Positions 50,664-59,753 of a stretch of 59,753 nt of DNA are shown here, in pieces. The stretch's first letter is position 1. Each line of letters starts with the position of its first letter. The notes beneath the pieces were generated by a model, which made no database searches, was not told the DNA's origin, and saw only the letters and a program-made list of their open reading frames with translations. Location of the stretch: contig JAHBMJ010000012.1 of assembly GCA_018398765.1 (NCBI GenBank), positions 1-59,753 of the forward strand. Direction: 5' to 3'. The position numbers and the translations under genes were made by a program. Source of the stretch: Chromera velia. Its lineage: Eukaryota.

Positions 50664-52513
50664 TGACTGACCGCAATCCAAATGAAGATCTCGAGGGCTT
50701 GCTTGCTGAAGACCTCCGTGATATCAGTATTGTGGAAGACCATTCCAGCACTGAAACGACCATGCAGATCGAAGCAGAAAGCAACACTCTCGTGGAGCAT
50801 TCGTACATTACATCACTAATTGACCTGGAAAGTGCAAATAAAAAGGCACCACTACGTCAGAAAAAGTGTCAGAGCAGTAGCCAAAGTCTTTCAATGACAG
50901 TGTCATGGTTGTTTCGAAAAAAGAGAGACAGAAAGAGCCCAGGGGGACTCAAGGATAGATGTGCAGGCTGCATGTTGTGGGTCAATATTCTCACGAAGAC
51001 TCCGATTTCACTTGACCTCTGTGCTCACACATACATACGCCGACTGACATTGGATTCATAAGGTCGGTGTACGAATATAATTGCAAAACCAGCAGAAAGA
51101 AAAGCCACTCACTCACCCACCCCGTGATGAAGGCGAGGATGCAGATCAACAGAGCCTCCAGAGCATTCACCCAAATGTCTCGGAAGGGTCGAAGCCAAAT
51201 GGTTGCTGCTGCCGAGGCCAGGGAAAGAGTGAGGAGAATGAACGCTTGGGTGAGAGGGCGACTGCGCATGGAGACGTACACAACCGCAATCGCGACCTCT
51301 CTGATAGTGTCAATGATATGCCACCAGTATCTGCACACATAATCAATGCACCCCACTCACCAGCATCATCAATCTACCAAGCGAACGTATGAAGTGTCAG
51401 AGACGTTTTCTTGAGTTCGTGGGCTCCTTGGGTATGAAGAAAAGGAAAAACTAATTTGCAGGCTCATCAAAAAGTGGAATGAAACCATAGAGAAATAGAG
51501 GCCCAAATGGATTTGCTTCGCGAAATCAACCCACAACGGCCTTTCTGACTAGCACGACGACTCGATCGCTCGAGATGGTCGCTGAGTGGCTGCATGGTCA
51601 TGAGTTGCCGAACACAGGAAAGAGAACTGCGGGCCTCTTTCTGTCTGTCTCGATACTTTGAGTCACCCCCAAAGTGACTTTCTTTCTTTCTTTCCCTTTA
51701 CTGGTCGACCCATGATTGTTGACTGCATGATGAGTTGACTGATCGAAGGAAGTTCTTGCAGGGAGTGCAACACCAATTTGCTTCTATGCCAACTGGCCCC
51801 CCGACCTCTCGGGCCTGTAATGCATGAATCTGGTAGTTGCATGCGTTCTGTATGAAAGAATTCTGTATGAAAGTAAACGCATGCGCATGCACCGACCTCT
51901 CGGGCCTGTAATGCATGAATCTGGTAGAGAAGAGCATGAAGGTGTCTTGGTCAGCAAGGGTGTTGGTGGCTGCGGCCTGCAAGCATGTTCACAGAAAGAA
52001 AGACAGAAGCACAAGCGGAATTAAGGACAAATTTCTTTCTTTCTCCGCCTTCAGATCTCATATGCCGGTTGTCATGGGGCGTCGGCATTTCATTTCGTCT
52101 TTTTTTTTTGTTTCGATTGCATGTTCCACTTCACGAGGAGGTGCATCATTGTTGCCAAATGGGCCGTTCTCTTTCTCCAAAAGTGAAGAACTTGTGCTCA
52201 AATCTGTTTCAAACTAGCTCAAAAGAGAACGAAGAAGGTTACGATCCAATTCTTTTGGTATGCACCACTACTTGTCGCTCCCCTTTTCGCAACAAATTCC
52301 TGCTCATCATGCCCTTACGCGAACTGCGAACTGACTGACTGACTGACTGATTGACTGACTGACTGATTGACTGACTGACTGACTGACTGACTGACTGACT
52401 GACTGTGACTGACTGACTGTGACTGACTGACTGTGACTGACTGACTGTGACTGACTGACTGTGACTGACTGACTGACTGACTGACTGACTGACTGACTGA
52501 CTGACAGACTGAT

Positions 52514-52545
<32 letters not shown>

Positions 52546-52656
52546 TGACTGACTGACCGACTGACTGACTGTGACTGACTGACTGACTGACTGACTGACT
52601 GACTGACTGACTAGTTGACTGACTGACTGACTGACTGACTGACAGACTGATTGACT

Positions 52657-52699
<43 letters not shown>

Positions 52700-52711
52700 T
52701 GACAGACTGAT

Positions 52712-52743
<32 letters not shown>

Positions 52744-53636
52744 TGACTGACTGACCGACCGACCGACTGACTGGCTGACTGACTGACTGACTGACCGACC
52801 GACTGACTGACTGACTGACTGACTGACAGACTCACATACCCGTCGAATCCCCAAGAAGGTCCAGATCTCAAAGGCGACTGTGAAGCAGAGAATGGAGACC
52901 ATTCCGAAGGCCATCCGAACATAATTGCCCCAAGTTGGACACGCCACAGTGGGATACCCTTCAAGGGTGTCACCTTCCTCGCTCCCGTTGTACGAGCAGA
53001 ACAAGGGCTCCATCGCTCTGATTGTGCAAGAATTCATTTTGAATATCTATTGTTGCATGGCTTGCGCATGAATACGAAATGTGCGTATGCATTTATGTAC
53101 AAGTGGGATTGCATGAATGCGAGGTGGGATGAAACTGTGCTCGACCTGTTGTGCTCTTGGGTGCCTCTGACAATGTGTTCACGGAGAGATCGATCGAAGC
53201 AACGAAAGCGGCAAAGGAATAGAGAATGCGGAGACAACTTCAATTGACTGCAGACGGCCATGAGCCATCCTACCTACCTGGCAATCATGATGATCTGGAC
53301 CTCGTCAATGAAAGCGAACAACCTGCTCATCGAGTGATTCCGCCACCTTTTCACTCCCTGCAGAGTCGTCGGCAGACCGAAGTAACCGACCTGCAGACGA
53401 AAGAACGGGAGGGAGAAAGGAAGATCAAGCTGCCACATACAGATCGATGTCATCATGCGCAGAGAAGGACAGCGGTAGTACAATCAAATCATTCTATGCG
53501 GGTTGTTTTGTTCTGTTTGTGGATCATCGGATCACAAAACTTCTTTCTGCCCACTTTCCGCCTGCAAGTAATCAGCCAACAGCATTAATAAATCTCTCTG
53601 AATCTATCCTTCCTTTGGTTTTCTTTCTTTGAGCAT

Positions 53637-53672
<36 letters not shown>

Positions 53673-54337
53673 TCGTTCCTTCGCTCCTTCGTTCCTTCGT
53701 TCGTTCCTTCGTTCATTCATTCATTCATTCTTTCTTTCTTCCTTTCTTTCTTTCTTTCTTTCAGGATGGACCTCACTCCCCTGCACACTCAGACCAACAC
53801 ACGCAGCCCGCTGCCTTACGCAAAAGCAAACAGAAAATTAGAAGAAGAAAGCGAATAGACTTACCAGACTGTCAGCGTTGATCCTCTTGGTTTTATGGAA
53901 CCAAAAATGGAAGTACGCGGCTCCAAACACGGCGCTCAAACATCCGAACGCCAGGAAAGGTATGTATTCCTGGAGGACAGAAACAAAACAAAAAAGAAAG
54001 AAAGAGCGATTGCAGCATGACAAGACAAAACGCACACACCACCGCACGATGGTCTCACAAAACATCCTAGGAAGAAGCAAAGAGTAATTTCACTTTGTGG
54101 GGTTAGTGCTATTATCTTCAATCTTTCAGGGGTGCGGAAGGTAACGAGAGAGGATGAGATGGAAGGAATAATGTACCTGAGAAAAAGATTGAAAAAAGCA
54201 GTGAAAAGAATGATAGAGCAGCACGCAGACGCAGACAGACCAGCACGCAGAAGCACATGCGAAGGAATGCGCGCACGTACAGACACCAAAATGCAGGTCG
54301 GACAGAGAGGAAGAAAACGGTCCACGGAACGAGACAT

Positions 54338-54404
<67 letters not shown>

Positions 54405-54464
54405 TACATATACACATATATATATGTATGGATATATATACAGTTGGATTGTTGGACACACACA

Positions 54465-54503
<39 letters not shown>

Positions 54504-57500
54504 CGAGCAAGCGAGCGAGCGACAGAGAGACCTGTGGCCACCACCAAAAGGGATACATTGTTGAAGCTTCGACGCCGTCATAACATTCTGTCCTGCACAC
54601 AAAAAAGGAATGTTCGGACGGAGGGAAAGAGAAAAATGTGCGTGTTTATGTGCAGAAGAAGGAGGCGCCAGGTGGAAGGAGTGATGGACACAAATGCAGG
54701 AAGCTTGAAGAAAACACAGAAGAAATTGCACACGCATTCACAAACGCCCCCATGCCCCAACTGACCCCAGAAAGTCCGTCCGCAAGTTCGTCAATGACAG
54801 AGCAACGGAGAGGTAGTCGAAGGAGGTAGGCCAATGGAGGCCCATCCTCAGGATGAAGTATAACATTTCCATGAACCTGCAGTCCGAATAAAAATGGAAT
54901 GAATATTGGTTGAGTTGCAGAGAGAAACAATTCGCAGAATGGGTAGAAACACAATCAGAGGACCGAGTCAATCAATTTGTATGCTTGAGGGCGATCGAAA
55001 GAAAAGATTGATGTTTCTAGTGTTACACCCGGCGAGTGCTCCGGCACCTGTGGTCCCCTTCCATGCAGTGCTTGATTCTTTTGTCGTTCAGACGTCAAGT
55101 GGATCTTCTTCAAGACAATTCGGCAATTGGGGTCGGGGAGGAATTTTTCTCCTCTCCACAAACGAGCTGCCATGCAGGTCTGCATGGGTGCATGTGCTCC
55201 CCCCCACCTGGTGGCAGCTGCGAGACTGGGGAAGTGGTTTGACTGGACGAGGACGGCGTAGACGAAGATCAGAACGGGGAACAGCGGGAGGAATGTCATG
55301 AGAGCAGAGACTCCTCGAGATGGACACGCGACGCAGAACTGCACGCAGGTCGGAAGATTCACAGCTAGATTTAAGATCATGTGAGAAAGAACACGAAGAA
55401 GAGTACATCGAGGCTGTTGAACTGGAAGAAGGCGCTACAAAGGTTTTCGGAGAAAGCAAGCAAAGAAAAGACGTGCGATAACAGGGAAGGAGGAAAGGAA
55501 AGTCAACCAAAGCAATTGAAAAAGAGCTCTCCATCCTGGTTACATTCGTGCAAATAATCGCCTGATCAATGAATTTCCCCCTCATTCAGATAGAATCTGT
55601 ATGTGATTGGAAGAGGAATACCAGAAACACAAATGCAAAAGAATTAACTCACCTCTCCAGCAATTTTCCAGAATCCTTCCGAGCACTCCGCACACTGCAC
55701 GCCTGTGTATCTGCATACAGAATTAACAGAATTGCTCGAAGAATTAAGTGTCCTCTTCGTTGTCCTTCCTGTGTTCGATCCCTTCCAGGAAAGGCAGCCA
55801 GGGCAATAAAGTTTGGATCAATTCAAGAAAGCTAGACGAAATTGTGCACCACTGCGGGACACCATGTTTTCGCAATTGTGTTCGAAGCGCTCCAAACCAA
55901 TCCCCAAACCACCCATGCACCCTCTCTCGTTTCTGGATACTCTGACAAAAGCAAAAAAAGTTCGAGATTCAATTTTCACTCACCCCTCGGCACAATTTGT
56001 CACGTTGTTGAAGCCGTCGCACCTGCAAGAGATTTAAGCGGGGCACCTATGATTTCTTTAATTTCAGGCTAGGGGTCAGACTCAGAAGAATGATCGCTGT
56101 TTCACAGCGGATCAGGAAAAAATATGAAAAGAGAGAGAGAGAGAGAGAGAGAGACATAAAAGCAGGGAGGTTGAGGGCACAGGAAAAAAGAAATCAGAAA
56201 AAGAGAACAAGCAAGCTGTATTACTGTTGGAAGAGAAGAAGTGATTTTGATCCCTCCTCCTACTTGGCGCTTTCGGTATCTCTTTTCAGAGTTTCGCGCA
56301 CGTCTTGTGTTCTTGATGGTTCATCATCACATATTTGTACGTCGGAGTCTACAGTTCTTGGCTTCTCGTCGTATCATCACAGACAGATTTCAGGGAGGAC
56401 TTCCAAAGGAAACTCCTTTCACTTCGACCCCCTCAGTCACCTTCGGAACGCATTTGCCACCGCACTTGCTGGACAACTCGTCACCATTCACGGCTTGAGA
56501 GAGACGATGACTTCTTCCTTAGAAGACCGAGTTGACTGACTTGGCAGGCGGGTTGCAGGAGAAGAGAACGTCACGACGGGATGTCGCCGAGAAGTATCCG
56601 TATTTGGGCATTGGCGGGGCCAGAAGGCCTGGAGCGAATGTACGCAGCATGTCATCATATTGAGACAAGGCAAAGGAAAAGGCAAAGGCAAACACCCCAC
56701 TCACAGGTGAGGGTGCAGAAAGAAAGAAAGAAAGAAAGAAACACGCATGTATACTCTTTGTATCGATATGACGTACACACTCCGAAGAGACTCGACTGCG
56801 TTCAGAGATCAAGCACTCTTGAAATGATGTCTCAATGGCCTGACAGGGACACGTGAAAGGCCAACCATTTTCCATATTCTTGATATCGTGGAGTCTTTGA
56901 AGGAGTCCACTTGCCTTCATGCAAACGAGAGACCGCGCAAAAAGATCTCCTTCCATCTTTGTTCAGAGGACACATACAGCGAGAACATACAGGCAGCATC
57001 TAAAGCTGGCCCATGGCACCGGCATTTTGGATGAAAGGACATACAAACCCGAAAAGGAAATAACGTGGTTGCTTTAGCAGAAAAAGACACACATGCCATC
57101 CATCCCACCTTCGCACTGTGCACCAAGAGGGCACTCGGCGCACCCCTCTCCCGTCTCGACCATCTCTCTTATTCTGACGATCGCCAGGCTCCCTTCAGGC
57201 TGGGCAACCGACGAGTTTGCAAGCTCGACCGTCCTGCAAGCACAGGTGACGGGAGTAAAAGAGAACCCGTGAGTCGAGAGTCAAAGCAACTTTCATTTTT
57301 TGTAAATCCTGATTGAGGGGAGGAAGCGAGAGAGAGAGAGGGGGGNNNNNNNNNNNNNNNNNNNNNNNNNNNNNNNNNNNNNNNNNNNNNNNNNGGGGGG
57401 GGGGGGGGAGAGAGCGCGCGCGCGAGAGAGAGAGGGAGAGAGGCACACGGCTGTACACAGAGAGAAAGAGCGACTGACGATGGAACAGGCCCAAGGCTCG

Positions 57501-59658
57501 CGGGCTTCCAGTCGAAGTTCACGGCCCAGTGGTCTTCTTTGCACACGCAGTCGGTCGGCGCTGTGGAGTTCAACTCGGACGTCTCCATCGCCATCGGACA
57601 GCTGAAGCATTCGGACGCCTGCGCAGAAAAAGAAAAGAAAACATTTCCACTTTTCGCATGCATGCAATGAGAAGACAAAAAACGGTGCAAAAGACCGAAT
57701 AGATTTGTTTGCACTTGAACCACGACAAGACGGGCGCATACGACGGAAGAGATCTGAAGGGAAAAGTGCCATGCAGCTTTGGAGCTCAATTGCACGTTCA
57801 GTCACTCCCCAACGGACACGTTAGACTGGCAAGCGCCTGAGACAAAGGAGAAAGGAGCGAACTTCCTGTTAGGTCCTCCAGCTAACAGTGAAAATTCAAA
57901 ACTTCAAGGGGATGAATCGCTACTCATCGTACCATTCTTCTCCATGCATGTGTCTTTTCTGTGCAGGCATCAGAGAGGTAGTCCATTTCGCTTTCACGGA
58001 CCATCGTGGTGTTTCCAAAAGTATCGATGGGACACGCGATGCACCTGGCCTCCCCCTTAGTTGGGGCATAAGTACCAAGTCCACACCCTGTGCAGTCCTC
58101 CATCAGACCCGCAGACGAGTGCCCAACAGGACAGATCTCGCAATACAACGCCCCGGTGACATTGTCCGTTTTCATCCCATACCCCCCACTGCAGGCCGAA
58201 GCATCCACGGGTGGATTGAGGATACTTCGAATTCCGCACTCGAGTTGATACAACAGCTGCTCCTGTGCATTCTCAACCCCCGTTCCTGCTACCTGGACTG
58301 GGGCTAGATTAAATGCCTGAAGAAAATTTTGCACTGACGATCCCCCCATGATGAAATTCCAGGTCGTTGCTGCCCCTTCAATGCTGGAATCTACCGCACA
58401 CTGTTCTGTTGTGAATTGCCGTGTCATCACCACAGTGGTCAGTGTGGTGAGGGGGTAGCATCCGGTGCCTGCAGTTCCTGTGGGTGTCCAGTTGTCGAGA
58501 ACTAGGGAGGGTGCGAGACTAGTTATGGGGTCTGCTTCTGTCCACGATGAGCTCAGGCAAGACGTCATTGTTTCGACTGAAGGGGCAATGGCCTGGATCG
58601 ATGCCTGCATGCATGGTGCATGGGCACGCGTGGAAGGAAAGGGGCGAAAGGGAAGAGGTGAATTTGGGACAAATGCTGGAAAAGGAAGAACCTCGCCATC
58701 AGCAAACAAGCCCAAGGGACAAAGACGAAAGGCAGCCTGTCCAAAGCTTCACATGCCACTCCCTTGGTCAAAAGGTTGCGCCCCTTCCTCTTTCGTGCGG
58801 ACGTTCCTGTCTGTGAATTTCTTCTGTCTGCAGAGCCTCTCCGTTTTTTTCTTTTTCGAAAATTTCTTCTTTCATGGCGACGCCTTCTTGACTTCCCGTC
58901 ACGACGTTCGATGCTGAGGTCCCTGTGAGGGGGATTACAGCGAAGTACCCGTTGCGTGCGCTGAGGCCGCTCTTGAGTTGGTCGAACGAATCGTAGACGC
59001 GACGAGGTAGAGGCCCTCCCGAGTTGTAGGCGGCGTAGGAGAAGCCGGTTCGAACTCTTGGGAGGTAAGTCTTCAGCCAGGTCACCGTGTCCTCCTCGCA
59101 TGACAGCACTGCAATGCCGATCGCGAGCCCCGACCCCTGCAGGACAAGAAGGGCACTCATGAGAATGATGCATGCGGTTCACGGCTTAAGGAAAGAAAGG
59201 AAAATGATTCTTTCCGATGTTTTCGACGCGCGATGAAACGACAGTGCACCTGAATGAGAGTACAGTTTTAGCGATGAAACAAGAAAGACCATTCTGTTGC
59301 GGCTCCTCCACCCGCTTAAGATAGATCAATTGGGAGAACGAACTTTCTTAGTTGCCTGCCTGCCTGCCTGCCTGCCTGGGAATCTACTTATGGAGACGAA
59401 GTGCCATTTGTACATCCATACACAACACCGTCCGCTTAATGCTTTCTGCTATGCGTGTACCGATTTGCACTTCATGATGGCGTAAATCCTTTTACCCGCG
59501 GTAAGTTGCCGTGGCTATCACCTTCTGTTGCTTGCTTATCCGCCATCTGTGTGGCTCTATCTATGCCTGCCTATCTGCTGCATGCCTATTTGTTTGTCCT
59601 TCTGACCGACCTCCGTTGCAAGATCGGGATTCTCCGCCACCAGAGCTGCGTCGTCCCA
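45593..59658 (-). CDS. Large multi-pass membrane receptor-like protein, 5' end beyond the window: PstS-like substrate-binding domain + Cys-rich GCC2/GCC3-type repeats + ~8-9 TM CRMP/TRP-like region + long cytoplasmic tail. Exons include 59658-59611, 59136-~58900, 58604-58002, 57618-57479, 57233-57109, 56628-56541, 56022-55984, 55710-55653, 55338-55208, 54876-54766, 54592-54532, 53969-53865, 53390-53278, 53017-52840, 51976-51897, 51330-51121, 50750-50672, 50375-50049, 49682-49614, 49373-49090, 48621-~48100, ~47750-47529, 47174-47153, 46787-46649, 46390-45593
   Basis: Motifs in order: WDDAALVAENPDL, GCYPL, CEICPVGHSS, CTGCGLGTY, CIACPIDTF, CAECPLGAQCEG, CAEG|YTGVQCAECSEGF, LHWP, YRPER|YWWHIIDTIRE, LRPF, WVNALE. 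The GT-AG chain is phase-consistent except for two unresolved junctions (~58900-58605 and ~48100-47750). Confidence 0.85.
51801..51927. repeat. Perfect 36-bp direct repeat (51801-51836, 51892-51927) duplicating an exon 3' end and its splice donor
   Basis: CCGACCTCTCGGGCCTGTAATGCATGAATCTGGTAG occurs twice, with TTCTGTATGAAAG twice in between. Confidence 0.9.
52330..52830. repeat. ~500-bp (GACT)n/(GTCA)n microsatellite within a receptor-gene intron
   Basis: Directly visible. It produces the spurious SVSQ-repeat ORFs. Confidence 0.97.
57346..57394. other. Assembly gap (N run) within a G/GA tract of an intron
   Basis: Run of n characters flanked by G homopolymers. Confidence 0.99.
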
Positions 59659-59753
59659 CTGCATCCATCCAGTGCACACGCACACACATACACACACACA
59701 CACGCACACACACACACACACACACACACGCACGCACACACACACACACACAC

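Noticed and set aside
51801..51927. 36-bp direct repeat resembling a CRISPR repeat-spacer unit
   Set aside because: Only two copies, one of which is coding exon sequence. The spacer is itself repetitive, there are no cas genes, and the context is a eukaryotic intron.
52315..52973. SVSQ-repeat ORFs
   Set aside because: Translation of an intronic (GTCA)n microsatellite. The true exon ends at the donor at 52839.

Overview
Intron-rich eukaryotic DNA with many microsatellites. It most likely comes from a photosynthetic chromerid-like alveolate; this is an inference from a protein with signal peptide + F-transit peptide + Tat lumen signal, TGCATGCA enrichment and a CRMP-like receptor. Most ORFs in the supplied track are noise from microsatellites or introns. 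I rebuilt seven genes by hand from GT-AG junctions: (1) RRM protein with a long Pro/Gln/His-rich tail (+, 468-3661); (2) intronless, bacterial-like DUF218/YdcF protein (-, 10056-11147); (3) thylakoid-lumen-targeted protein (+, 11843-14911); (4) small probable flagellar/microtubule protein with a candidate 6-nt microexon (+, 16454-19122); (5) type II membrane nucleotide pyrophosphatase/phosphodiesterase (-, 20481-25126); (6) PH-domain CAMK-type kinase (+, 26169-31457); (7) a 5'-truncated multi-pass receptor of more than 20 exons, with a PstS-like ectodomain, Cys-rich GCC2/GCC3-type repeats and a CRMP/TRP-like membrane region (-, 45593 to beyond 59753). Between genes lie AT/TpA-rich islands, one a clear TA-flanked MITE, whose internal repeat copies differ by transitions. 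There are also two long regions without credible ORFs. The best leads are the PstS-CRMP-like receptor, the DUF218 horizontal-transfer candidate, the microexon, and possible repeat-targeted C-to-T mutation. Family assignments come from recalled motifs, not from database searches.
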